Shown one piece after another: positions 35,001 through 47,909 of a stretch of DNA of 63,893 nucleotides. A program made the translations under genes and the position numbers. This DNA is from Octopus bimaculoides (lineage: Eukaryota). The notes below the pieces were generated by a model. It was not told where the DNA came from. It made no database searches and was given only the letters and a program-made list of their open reading frames with translations. The stretch is from positions 80,802,257 through 80,866,149 of the forward strand of contig NC_068990.1 in the NCBI RefSeq assembly GCF_001194135.2. The letters are read 5' to 3'. Every line of letters starts with the position of its first letter. Within the stretch, counting starts at the first letter, position 1.

Positions 35001-36337
35001 CAATCGCATAAAAAATCATCATTAATTTTTCTTCTCTCAGTAAGTAAATTCAGTTGTGTTTCTCTTTTTTTTATTTTTCCTGGTTACAGTTAAATAATTG
35101 TGTCTTACAAGCTCTCTTGTATGCACATGGAGCGATAAAGTATTACGCAGAAGATAGAACAATGGCTTGCTACAACATGGACGGCTGGGAATACTCCGAA
35201 CTATGAATTGGAACCGAAACTAGGTAATTCAAGACAAACAATGAGTAAATGATGTGATCGCAGAATACCCACAGGAATAATTCTGTTGAGCTAGACACCA
35301 TACAAACTTCATAGACAATTATAAAATCTGTGTAGTCATCAAGATGCAGGATCTGTTTCGAGTTAATTTCTGTTCGATTAACTGCTATAACTGAAAGTCC
35401 CCCACCTGTCCGTTGGAGTGAATCTCAATGACCATCTCCCTTATGCAATTTCGTGACAAGCTAATTAATCCATAGCTAAAGCCCTGACTGGTGTTTCTAC
35501 TCCGGACCGGGTCAGAGTAAACTTGAAAACAGTATTGGCTAAAAGGTGACTCCACAGTCTTACAAATACCGGAAGTGCCGAACGTGGGTCACACCAGTGG
35601 AAGCAATCTAAGTCATACAACGAAAAAATTTCTCCCTTACTTTCTCTCTCTCTAACTTCCTCTATCTGAATATCTATGTCTCTTATTATATATGTATGTA
35701 TGTATAGACTTCTATGGAGCCTTTACGAGATGGCTGGAGTGCTATAAGTGCATTGAAGTCAGAACGTCTTTTGAAATTAATAAATATTTCCCTTGAAAAA
35801 ACCCTCAAAACTTATGGAATGTACTTTGTATTCATATATATGATATATAATTTAAATCATGTGGATCTGTGTGGAACTGTTATAAAAATATAAGAAACTC
35901 TTACGAAATATGTTAATTGAAACTTTCGTGTGATCACTCACTCGTATACGTTTATATACACTCATATATATATACATAGCCGTCTCTCTCTCCTTCTCTC
36001 CATGCACACACTGTTATATATACATATGCTGTTAAATTTGTTGTAGTTTCCATTTCTATTCCTCCTAAATCTTTCTCTTCATTGCAATTGATATATGGCC
36101 TATCACGAGGCTTTTCGTCCTCTTGTATTCCTTGCACTGTGATATTATTTTTATTTCATAGGTTCGTATTGATTCGTCTCATTTTCTACATCTGTTCTAT
36201 CACGTGTCTTTTCTCATTTCAAACACTTTTTCTTCTTCATACCTCATACTTATGTTTGTTCATTTGTTTTAAACATACACATACAGAGACTCAAACACAG
36301 ATATATGCATATACATACGTACATACATACTACATAC

Positions 36338-36374
<37 letters not shown>

Positions 36375-36545
36375 AGGGGTGAATTCACAAAAAAAAAACA
36401 AAAGACGAAGACAGGTGGTGTAGGCAACAAACAAATGTATTAGTTTAACGCTCGGGAAGTCAAAATGTCTTTAATGTTTCGAGCCTACGCTCTTCCACTG
36501 AAAGGAACACAGAAAGAAACAAGGAGAGAAAAAAATGAATGTGTA
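36375..36545 (-). mobile_element. Penelope-like pseudo-LTR fragment with a decayed minimal hammerhead ribozyme motif
   Basis: Minus strand 36505-36467 is CCTTT-CAGTGGA-A-GAGC-GTAG-GCTC-GAAAC-ATT-AAAG-AC. The downstream TTGTCTTCGTCTTTTGTT segment recurs at 61488-61505 (plus strand). Confidence 0.6.
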
Positions 36546-36562
36546 GTGGCTAGCGATATATC

Positions 36563-36598
<36 letters not shown>

Positions 36599-36637
36599 CT
36601 CTCTCTCACACACACACCCTCTCTCTCTATATATATT

Positions 36638-37029
36638 CTTTTATTCTTTTCTGTTTTATTGTTTCAGTTATTTGATAGCGGCCATGCTGGAGCACCGCTT
36701 TTATTCGAGCAAATCGACCCCAGGACTTATTCTTTGTAAGCTTAGCATTTATTCTATCGGTGTCTTTTGCCGAACCGCTAGGTTACGGGGATATAAACAC
36801 AAGAGCATAGGTTGCCAAGCGATGTTGGTGAGAGTGGGACAAACACAGACACATACACACACACATACATATATATATATATGACGGGTTTCATTCAATT
36901 TCCGTCTACCAAATCCACTCACAAGGCTATAGTAGAAGCCACTTGCCCAAGGTCCCACGCAGTGTGACTGAACCCGAAACCATGTGATTGGCAAGTAAGC
37001 TACTTAGCATACAGCCACTCTTGCGCCTT
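36638..37029 (-). mobile_element. SINE family B, full length
   Basis: Minus-strand head GGCGCAAGAGTGGCTGTATGCTAAGTAGCTTACTTGCCAATCACATGGTTTCGGGTTCAGTCACACTGCGTGGGACCTTGGGCAAGTG, a central CA/TA tract, and the 3' GCGGTGCTCCAGCATGGCCGCTATCAAATAACTGAAAC plus A-rich tail. Confidence 0.92.
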
Positions 37030-37068
37030 TAGGCAAACACACACGCACAAATACAACACATACATTGA

Positions 37069-37100
<32 letters not shown>

Positions 37101-37970
37101 CTACTACTACTATTCATGATATTATTATGTTCTTGTTTTTTGTTCATTTTTTTTACGAAGAAACATGTGAAAGGATTCAGCAGACACCAAAGTTTCAGCT
37201 TCACTAATCTCAGTAGATTAAATGGTAGAAACTAAAAATATTGGTTGTTGCTTTTGAGATATTAAAAAAAAACACAAAAACACACAAGAAAAAAAACCAT
37301 ATATTCTTCAGCTGTACAACTTTCCACATATTTTAAGAAAACTAATAATATTCAATGTTGTATATATTTAAAATTTTGCAATTCCTCAAATTTACAGTGT
37401 TGCAATATACATTTTATAATTTTATCTAATTTTCACCATTATATTTTCCATGTTTACCGAGTGTTACTCTCTATCTGTCGTTAATTTACTTTATTCAGCA
37501 GTATACAATTTTAGGTACCCAAAAAACACAAACACACGCTATATGGCTGTATATGTACATACATACATAAACAGATACATACGCATGTTTGTGTGTGTGT
37601 GTGTGTGTGCGCGCGTCTAATGGGTAGTTGGTAGCTGTTTATGGTTAGGGTGTGAGTTCTGCGATTTTATTTTCGCGATAGGTATAGCGTTTCTGTTTCC
37701 TTGATGGTGAAAGAGTAGAGTAGATCACCACATCGAAAGGAACTTTTGAGATCTCTGTTCAAAGAATGAGGATATGCTTGTTGCGTGGTGTCTAAATAGT
37801 TTGCGAGGAGATGGTGAATATATATATATACAATGGAAAAGGAAAACTGAATGAGATGATTACCTTAGGCTGTAGGAAGAAAAGGGAATACCCAACAATG
37901 GATCATGGAAATCATTTGACAATTAAAGTACTGAATACTCTCTCCCCTCTCTCTCTCTCCCTGTATACAT

Positions 37971-38203
37971 ATATTATAATGTGGGCGGTTTATGGGGTTA
38001 CCCTGGGTTCCTCGTTCATAAGGGGTTTGGCCTTATGGCGTATCTTCACATCCCAAACGCTGCTAGCTTAAGCCCTCTTCAAAATATGGAGGGGGGTCTT
38101 AGGCCAGCGATGTTTGGGGTCCGAAGATACGTCATAAGGCCAAACCTCTTATGAGCGAGAATCCCAGGGTAACCCCACAAATCGGCCTCCCCCATTATAA
38201 TAT
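37971..38203. repeat. Long foldback: ~110-bp arms, ~8-nt loop
   Basis: 37971-38080 versus the reverse complement of ~38089-38203 align end to end, with identical blocks ATATTATAATG, TGGGGTTACCCTGGG, GGTTTGGCCTTATG, CGTATCTTC and CCCAAAC. Confidence 0.92.
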
Positions 38204-38542
38204 CAGCTGCTCTACATCTTAGAGTGTGCTTCCTCGGATTTTTTGTATTTCTACAAACGATATATATATATTTGATGTAGTTTTAATAGTAATAAAATAC
38301 ACCAACCATGCCAAGTTACATTCAACTACAGCAATATCAATGCAAGATGAAGAGAAAATATTTAAAGGCACCTCTGTACCGATAATAAGATGAATCTCTA
38401 CAGGAGACTTATTATATATTCTCTTTCTTTTCGTAAGTATGATCGCATACTTAACAAATCTGCGGCACAAAACCAGCAATGACAAGAGATCTTATGGTCA
38501 GACTATAAACCATGGCCTCTGAATGAATGGTTTATAAATATA

Positions 38543-38678
38543 TAGTTTCAAATTTTGGCACAAGGCCAGCAATTGCAGAGAGGAGGGGCTAAATCGAGTA
38601 CAACGAACCCAGTACTCAACTGGTTTTAATTTTATCGAAAGGATGAAAAGCGAAATCGACCTTGGCGGAATTTGAATG
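38543..38678 (-). mobile_element. SINE family A, 5'-truncated (tail type 2)
   Basis: GTTTCAAATTTTGGCACAAGGCCAGCAATT...AACTGG...TTTTATCGAAAGGATGAAAAGCGAAATCGACCTTGGCGGAATTTGAA. Confidence 0.8.
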
Positions 38679-39799
38679 ACTTATAAATATTGACAAGTGC
38701 TAATATTCAATTAGGGACATCCACTGAAGAATTATACATGAAAAAAAGATAAGATATAAAAATTAGTGCGAAATGAGAAAACATATGTCAATTATCCTTT
38801 TGGAAGAGGCAATATTGCTAGAACCGGGAACATTATATAAGACAAAAATATTTAATTCAATAAATTAGGTCAGAACTTTTCTCACAAAACTTAGCGAAAA
38901 ATGAGGAGATAATTTTTTGTCACATTCATACTTAAAGCTGAACTCAATGAAGTGACTGTCAATTATATAAATGTAAGCTACTTATAAAAAGGCTAGTCAC
39001 CTCATTTATAAACAAGACATTTAAGAGAATCAACAGATTATGTAAATTTAAGAATTTCTTCAGAAAAACATAACGAAGAAGCCACTATCATTGTTGCAAA
39101 ACCAGTACACTTATGATATGACAAACGTAGATTATACCTACCTTATTCAATACAGATACCAACAACTAACATACATATAATAATACTACAAAACAACAGT
39201 AAGACAAGAAAATAGAAATAATCAATTGTAAACTAACGTATTAAACAATGAATCTTATACACAAATCATTCTTTGTCTGTATGTGTAGAAATTATAAAAT
39301 ACAAATTGCAGACTAAGTGAACCAAAGAAAAGAATTTAAGGAAGGATCAACCAACCAAAAACAAGGTAAAAGAAATGAAAAGCAAAATTAAGATGATAAT
39401 CTAAAAAATACTCCGAAGAAAAATCGCTTGTACCTCGAGATATCAAAATATACCGAAGGGGAAAAATACAGTGTGATTTATTTTGAAAATACGGCAGAAA
39501 GGAAATAATCATAATCCAACAATATCTCAAAAACGTTAAATAGAATAACAGATCTGAATTTAGCTGCACCCGCGAAGGACATAGTTCTGAGAACAAACAT
39601 GAAAACAAAATACTTTTATAAAAGATGTTAACATCTATTGCAGAGAAGACCACCGATGCCGTTCTTTCGGGTATAATCGAGTAGATTCAAAGATGTACTG
39701 GTGTCAGCCGGCATATAACAGTCACATGGTCGTATTCATGCCAATCACGAATATCTAGACTGACAAGGAGACAAAAGAAAATCTTCTGACTATAAGGGT

Positions 39800-40790
39800 T
39801 GTCTAAAAAATAATGTTATTTTTGCCATAGCTTCCTTTGTAACTGATATAAGTCGTTTTTAAAGTGCAAAATTTTGACAGAGTAATTTTCCTCAATACAA
39901 AAGTAGAATTCAACTGATTCTCATCGACCTCCTTCAGATTGTCTGTCATTGAATTTTTGACCCCGAAGTCTGTTCTTCACGTGAATGTCGATGGCAGGGG
40001 CCACATCCAGGTTGTATAGTGAATGAGAAACCCCTGATCTAATTCATTTTACCAATTGCCTGAGTTGTAATGAAGATGTGTATAGTCAAGTATTGTCATA
40101 GTGAATGTGAATCGTTTTCAGATCCTTGTCTAGTAATTTCTCTAAACAGTATTGTGTCTTTTTCAAAGCATAACTACGCTCTATGTTTATTACTTCTCTC
40201 AACATAGTTATGCTCCAGAAAATGAAGGAGATTGATTTTATTGCGATCCCACCAAACAGTCACCATATTGGTGTGTGTCGATTATCAGATCTTCAACTTC
40301 TTGGACCATGAAAAAGAGGTGTAACACCATTCGAACGAGTCATTGTTATCGGATCATAAAAATACAATCAGATCCGAAAGAATATGTCTTCACTATCTTT
40401 AAGCACTCCCAGCAGATCAGAACACGTCTCCAGCCCCATCCCCACTTTTTAAATGGTTGTCAACTGCTGAGTTACCCAATTTGTTTATATTTCCTGGTAC
40501 CCAAATTTTTGCGACGATCCTCTATAAGAGATTGTGACACGTTGTAGTTATACAGCAAGTTCACAGACTGACTCGAGTCTTCACTGCCTTCTCAATCATT
40601 AGTGTTGATTACCACTCGTGTACCTTGCTCCTTTCTGTGGTGTCTTCCCCGAAGTGAACCTACAGTTTCTGGATGCCATCCTGCATGTACCCCTCCATTT
40701 TCAAGAGTTCAATGATGATGTTGCTTTAGCTTGGAACCTATTGTGCACCTAAAATAAGAAATAAGAGAAAGAAAATATTTCTATAGAAGA
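39800..40790 (-). mobile_element. Old near-full-length mariner transposase relic
   Basis: Minus-strand pieces in the expected order: HFGEDT...RSKVHEW; AKIWVP; MVTVWWD; YDNT*LYTSS (HDNARPHTS); SHSLYNLDVAPA (PHPPYSPDLAP); KNRLRGQKFND. Many stops and frameshifts. Confidence 0.75.
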
Positions 40791-42986
40791 GTTAGTTTAC
40801 AAACATGTGAAACTGGAATGAACTATGCCTATTAATATAAACATTATGCACCAATTTTGCATTAAAATCGGGACGGCTCTCGTATGATATTCAAGTTTAA
40901 AGCGAAGATGCCTATTAGATAGTAATCCCTCCGAAAGAAGGTAGGAAGTCAATATAATATAATGACATGATTTGAAATATAAAAGATGAGACGCATGATA
41001 TGAAAACAAAATAGTATTAGGTATGATAAGCAAAATAAATCAGAACAAAGGCATACACAGAAAATATGAATTCAGAACGTTACAGTAAAAATGATAACAC
41101 TGTTGGGCACGGATTACAAAACACGCTTACGTCATTAACACTATAAAAAGTAAGTTTCCCTACACTGCACGCATACCCTATTCAATAAATCCAATAACCA
41201 TCTAATGAAATAGCACAACTTCACCAGACATTTGTTTCAAAAGAAGTCGTGAGTAAACATTGTAAGGCGACACATATTTTACACAATAAAATGAAATAAC
41301 AAGGCATTGTGTAATGGATAGCTATAATATAAAAGTTCGCACAATAAACTTTCCAAAGAATTGCAGTCTATACAGCATGCATTCTATGCAATTACACCTT
41401 GTCCTAAATCGCATCGCACTTAACTCACAGCGCATTTCAAGTATAAATACAAACCCCCACCAAAACAATAATAACTCACATTGAATATACTTCTCCCAAC
41501 AGATAAAACACTCAAAATCTACCGAAGAAAACGTACCAAATACTATAGCTAAGCAAAACTGTTGTAACATAACAAGTACTACTCTAGATTGACAAAACTA
41601 ATGCTAAGCATATCTCGGGATCATAGACATGCATCTGTTTATTAGGAACTATCACAGAGTTGCTGGAAAAAAAACGATGAAAACAGTATTTAAATAACAT
41701 TTCGAAATCTAAATAGAACCAATATATCATCGGTATATTCCATATGACACTTCATAAGCTTGTTTTGCCTGGAATTGTCTCAAAGTTCTTCTACACTAAA
41801 ATCCAGTCGATTTGTATATTAAATTTACGGTACATACAACACATTAAAATTGAATGTCATAGATATAAATGTACTTAAATTTCTTGCCTTTGACTCCAAA
41901 TTGGTTTACTGAGGAGATTGGAATACAATTATGATATATGAAATTGAATGAATGTAAGATTCCATGGTCTAAATTTCCCAGCACTAATATCAAACACACG
42001 GAGGAGATGTGACTCAATATATAAATATATATATGATACACATTTAGGAGAATTGTGAAAAAAGGGCTGTTTTTATCAGCAGAGCGAGAGGATTCTCTGT
42101 GTTAATGAAAATCATATTCCTAGTTTAGTTTGTCAATTATTTAACAAGGGACAAACACTGTATGCATGAAATAAATAGTGAATACAGATAGGAATTGTTG
42201 GTTTATATTTGTACTGTCATACGTTGTGGTTACAACCAAAATACGAAACTATGCCACGAATTCGTCTTTATGCTTTAGCTCTTACCATAACAAGGTAAAA
42301 ATAACGCTGAAAAGCATTTTAGCAACAAAAACGAAAAGAGATAGATTGCTTTATATTGGAAAGAATAGAAAGAAAAAAGCGGAATGACATCATTTTCATA
42401 TAGTCTGAGTTCTGTATTGATAAAGAACACAATGAGTTAAAAGAACAATGGAAAGTGCCAAATTTGAATAGAAAGCGATAAGCTGTGGTATGAGAGAAAT
42501 CATAAAAGCTGATTGTTACTGTATTGGAATACATTTCATTGCTGATTACATTAAGTGGTAAGCCAGAAGTTATAATAATCATATACAACAGATTTTCTCT
42601 CTCATACAATAGATTTCAAATTATTTTCTAGTGATTATTATTTGATACAAAATGGTGGAATCAAAGTATTGCTAGTTTAGCAGACAGCAATGGAAAGAAT
42701 ATGTTGAGTCATGAAGTATCCTTATGGATTTTCTATGTTCATAAGTCCTGCAAGACCGACAGATGGACGAGATGATAAGGTTTCAGACTTGCGAAGTAAT
42801 CTTCACTAGCTCATCCTATATTATCTATTTCACACATACATATACTCTTACGCGCGTACAACCTGCGTAGAAACACACACACATACACACACACACACAA
42901 GCAGACACACACACGACACACATATATTATTCATGGCGGTGGTGCCTGAGTATGGCTGCAGGTTTCAAGCTCAAACTACTACAAGA

Positions 42987-43029
<43 letters not shown>

Positions 43030-43739
43030 NNNNNNNNNNNNNNNNNNNNNNNNNNNNNNNNNNNNNNNNNNNNNNNNNNNNNNNNNNNNNNNNNNNNNNN
43101 NNNNNNNNNNNNNNNNNNNNNNNNNNNNNNNNNNNNNNNNNNNNNNNNNNNNNNNNNNNNNNNNNNNNNNNNNNNNNNNNNNNNNNNNNNNNNNNNNNNN
43201 NNNNNNNNNNNNNNNNNNNNNNNNNNNNNNNNNNNNNNNNNNNNNNNNNNNNNNNNNNNNNNNNNNNNNNNNNNNNNNNNNNNNNNNNNNNNNNNNNNNN
43301 NNNNNNNNNNNNNNNNNNNNNNNNNNNNNNNNNNNNNNNNNNNNNNNNNNNNNNNNNNNNNNNNNNNNNNNNNNNNNNNNNNNNNNNNNNNNNNNNNNNN
43401 NNNNNNNNNNNNNNNNNNNNNNNNNNNNNNNNNNNNNNNNNNNNNNNNNNNNNNNNNNNNNNNNNNNNNNNNNNNNNNNNNNNNNNNNNNNNNNNNNNNN
43501 NNNNNNNNNNNNNNNNNNNNNNNNNNNNNNNNNNNNNNNNNNNNNNNNNNNNNNNNNNNNNNNNNNNNNNNNNNNNNNNNNNNNNNNNNNNNNNNNNNNN
43601 NNNNNNNNNNNNNNNNNNNNNNNNNNNNNNNNNNNNNNNNNNNNNNNNNNNNNNNNNNNNNNNNNNNNNNNNNNNNNNNNNNNNNNNNNNNNNNNNNNNN
43701 NNNNNNNNNNNNNNNNNNNNNNNNNNNNNNNNNNNNNNN

Positions 43740-44070
43740 ACTTAATTTATCGGCCCCGAAAGGATGAAAAGCAAATTCTACCTCGGTAGAATTTGAACTC
43801 AGAACGTAAAGACAGACGAAATACCGCTAAGCATTTCGCCCGGCGTGCTAATGTTTCTTATTTCTTTACTGCACTGAAGGGACTACACAAAGAGGGGACA
43901 AACAAGGACAGACAAACAGATTAAATCGATTATATCGACCCCAGTGCGTAACTGGTACTTATTTAATCGACCCCGAAAGGATGAAAGGCAAAGTCGACCT
44001 AGGCGGAATTCGAACTCAGAACGTAGCGGCAGATGAAATACCGCTAAGCATTTCACCCGGCATGTTAACG
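43740..44070 (-). mobile_element. Two head-to-tail SINE family A copies (43740-43858 and 43859-44070)
   Basis: Both show ATCG(G/A)CCCCGAAAGGATGAAA(A/G)GCAAA...GAACTCAGAACGTA...AAATACCGCTAAGCATTTC(G/A)CCCGGC. The second carries tail type 1. Both lack the first ~20 nt of the head. Confidence 0.9.
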
Positions 44071-44927
44071 CCTTAAGGCGCAGACATACCGAAATACGAC
44101 ATTACCGAAATTCGACAACTTTAACACGAAATAACTTCGAAAATACACAATTTTCTCAAAAACGCCAAGAGTAAATGATGTTCTTTGTGACACATTCTAC
44201 CAGTATACGAATTTTGAAAGTGTTTAATTACAAAAAATAATTTTTTAAATGTGCCAGCCAAAAGGAAAAGACCCCAGCAATCTATTCATCTGAATCCAGT
44301 TCATTACACCTTTCGTTTTACAACCTTTAGAATTACCCATACCCAAAGATTTTCAAACACACGGGTAAAAATCATTTACTTGTGACAGATATTCTATGAA
44401 CATTAAGCTATGAGAAATCCTTATCAAAAATATTCAATCTCTCTACTACGTCTTATTTGTTATTTAACATCTAGAATGGATTCAATAAACAGCATAAAAC
44501 AGAATGTTTTTTAACCTATCGTATAATTGTTCTGATATTTAATTTTAATTTCAATGCAATCACTTAGATTATTTTGTTTCTTTCCAAAAGTGTTCTAGCA
44601 AGAAATACGAGAACTACTTCGCATAAAGAATCCATTAGTACACTTAACATGTTCACTTGCTCCATATGATCAATAAATATCAGAATACATGGTTGACTAT
44701 AGTGCAGTTTGATCGATCAATGTGTTTAAATGAATTGTGTTTCTTTTACTAAGACACACGTCTACATTCATTGTAATATTTAATGTTAGCACTCAACTGT
44801 CTGCGTTGATAAGTTTTTATTTTGTAGTTTTTTAAACCGTGTAATGCATATGTTAGTCAGACTTTTCAGTCGGTTTCAGTGCGGTATTTAGTTGTTATCG
44901 TTTGTAAAAGCATAAAAAAAAACTCAC

Positions 44928-45059
44928 CTCCAATACTCTCCAGCTTACTAAACATATTTTTGTCAAAATATCTAATTTCAATACATGTTTCGTGTAAATG
45001 CTTAGCGGATGAGGTACCATTCGTAACATACACCGAAAAGTTGTCCTGGTTTACAATTC
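44928..45059 (-). CDS. Candidate internal coding exon (132 bp, phase 1-1), extracellular-domain-like
   Basis: Minus-strand ATTTCAG acceptor and a strong GAG|GTGAGT donor. The length is a multiple of 3 with an open frame: (G)IVNQDNFSVYVTNGTSSAKHLHETCIEIRYFDKNMFSKLESIG. NFSVYVTNGTS..HL..C recalls the FSxYVSNxT...HLC segment of molluscan F-type-lectin-like/MEGF/receptor-PTP ectodomains (from memory, unverified). Confidence 0.5.
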
Positions 45060-45089
45060 CTGAAATTTTCTTTAAATTTAAGTAGAATT

Positions 45090-45300
45090 GTGAGAGCAGC
45101 AATGCTTCGCGGTATTTATTCCAACTCTTTGTGTTCTGAGTTCAAATCTTGCTGAAGTCAACCTGTTGGTTCATCCATTTTGGCGGACTTTAGAGAAGAA
45201 AGGTCCGTTGTGTGGATTAGTGAGATTATAAGCACGTCAGACCGGACACATTGTTATATTCTTACTATCGTTTTGCATTCTGAATTCAAACCCCACTTTA
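45090..45300 (+). mobile_element. Two degenerate SINE family A head fragments
   Basis: AATGCTTCGCGGTATTT...GTTCTGAGTTCAAATCTTGCTGAAGTCAAC and TAAGCACGTCAGACCGG...ATTCTGAATTCAAACCCCAC. Confidence 0.55.
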
Positions 45301-47007
45301 GCCTACATGGATGGTACACTTAACCCGTTGTTCGTTTTCATACCACCACATAACACGTTGGGTGCTTTAACAGAGCCAAATGCATCACAAGCATTCGAGA
45401 CAGGATTTTCTGGTTTGAAAACACTTTCTTCCACCATTCATGAGCGCTCCCTTCTCTCCTCAATAAAAGTTTAACAAAATATTAAAGCTCTCTTCTAAAA
45501 CTGAATGTGACTGCCGTGAAAAGCTGAACATTAAGAATTCTTAGTAATTATAGGAATTTTGTTTTTATCATATTGGTTACAAATTAATCGTTAAGCCACT
45601 CTAATATGGCTTTACAAATGATGTTAACGTTAACATATTCAATGCAAAGCCATAAAAAGACGAACTATGGCAAATCATGCGGTGTGGGGAAAATCATTTG
45701 CAATCAACCATTAACTAAAATCGTTTTGATTCAGAGATACGGAAGGCAATTCATCACGTATGGTTGTTATTATAATCTCCTCTTAACTATTCTAGACAAG
45801 TTCTTGATGACAGAATCATTAAGTAAACGTAGAATAATTAACACTTATGTATGTGGAGAAATAAAGATTTCTCAAAGAAACAAATTAATATTAGACACTT
45901 TCAGTAAAGAAAGATAATTAAATTAGCGTTAAAATATAATGTAGGAAACAGTAGTATGCTAATTATTTTTGTCGTATCATTTGGGCTATCCGTGAGGTCA
46001 ATAGAACCGTTAAAGAATAATACTAATTAGATGTAAAGACACCTTTCTTTACGAAAGGAATATATTTGGTCAGCAATATTTCGAGCCTGTAAAATATGCA
46101 TCTTTCCTAGGTGGTAATATTTCAACTCTGAACGAAGCAAAGCAAAGTTGGTCATAACTACTTTTCATTCAGAATTCAAAGTGAAGAAACTATATAATAT
46201 CAGGTCGTATATTCTTTGTTTCCACAAAACCGAAATAACTGCCAAGCTTTGGGAATAAGATACGACATTTATTTGGTGTTTGTCGGTGGAAATGATGCCA
46301 TAAAAAAAAAACATAAAATATTTTCAAAACGTGACACTGTACAGAAGATAAGATTTGAGAAAGACAAATCTCTGACTTGACAATAACTGCTAACAAATAT
46401 TTTCACCCTAACAGACAAAATATTTTGTTTTGTGTTGGACGCTAATGTGTTCGAATCAGAGACGTATGGTAGTATATGTGATTATATCTTCACATTTCTA
46501 TTAATATTTCCTATATACGTGTACGATTTAAAATAACTAGAAAAATAACTAAATATACAAAGTAATATTTTCTCTATATTATGGTATCATTTTCTTTCCA
46601 TTATAACAGAGTTATATATACCATTTAAAACTTGGCTAATCATAAATGGTAAATTATTTATTCAGTTTTGCTTTATAGTCGGGCGTAGCTTCTTAAACTG
46701 ATGAAAATATAACAACGTTTCTTTGTTTTAAATGGAATAATAGTATTTAGCCACGAGATCAATCGAAACAAACTACAAAAATAATTACGTTACTCTCATT
46801 CTCATACATAGAATCTTTGTAATGAAACATAAAAATATTTCAACTAATCTTTAAAATAAATATAATCTGTTGCGGTTTGCATTTGGTCGCAGATCTGAGG
46901 TAACCTAAAAAAATTGTAAATAAGATTCAAACTTGCATCATGGAATGTCTCCCGACATATTTAAAGCAAAAAGACATTTTTCCTGATATGTCTGTCAAGG
47001 ATATCGA

Positions 47008-47042
<35 letters not shown>

Positions 47043-47048
47043 ATCTGC

Positions 47049-47084
<36 letters not shown>

Positions 47085-47085
47085 T
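47008..47085. repeat. (CTAT)n/(CTGT)n compound microsatellite
   Basis: Direct reading of the sequence. Confidence 0.9.
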
Positions 47086-47107
47086 TATATAGGTATATAT
47101 ATATTCT

Positions 47108-47570
47108 TTTATACTTTTACTTGTTTTAGTTATGTCATTGCGGCAATGCTGGAGCACTGCCTTAAAGGGTGTTAGTCGAAAATATCGACCCCAAGATTTA
47201 TTCCTTATGAGCTTAGTACTTATTCTATCGGTCTCTTTGGCCGAACCGCTAGTTCCATGGACATAACCACATCAGCATCGATTGTCAAGCGATGGCGGGG
47301 TGACAAACATAAACACACACACGCATACACACATACGCACACACACACATACACACACATACACACACATACACATATATATATGTATGTATATACGACG
47401 GCCTTCTTTCAGTTTCCGCCTACCAATCCATTCACAGGGCTTTGGTCGGCCCAAGGTTATAGTAGAAAACACTTTCACAAAGTGTCAAGCAGTGAAATTG
47501 AACCCAGATTCATATGGTTGGGAAGCAAGTTTCTTACTACAAAGCCTCACCATACACAGCCTCTTACTAC
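47108..47570 (-). mobile_element. SINE family B, full length, with central (CA)n-rich tract
   Basis: Same modules as 36638-37029 (GCTGGAGCAC, ATCGACCCC, TTATTCTATCGGTCTCTTTGGCCGAACCGCTA, CTTCTTTCAGTTTCCG, GAACCCAG...GTTGGGAAGCAAG). Confidence 0.9.
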
Positions 47571-47909
47571 ACAGCTTCACCATATAGTGAGGCTGTGTAG
47601 TAAGTATATGTGTGTGTACACATACACACACATATATACATGTTCCTTTAGCCTAAGACAAATCAGTTAATATTCTTAGCTTTCCACCTAACATGAATAC
47701 ATTTCCTTATTAGGCCATTAATAAAAAATATGTTCATACTTATGAACCTGTATTAAATATGTTAAGCGCTGTTCCTCTACCCAATAGAGATCATAGAAAT
47801 ATTGAAATATATTAATAATATTGAAAACAAAATGGCTGCTATATTAAAAGCAGCCTATATATAAACCTCAGTAGCAACTCTAGAAATATGTTTTTTGTAG
47901 TTATTTTAG

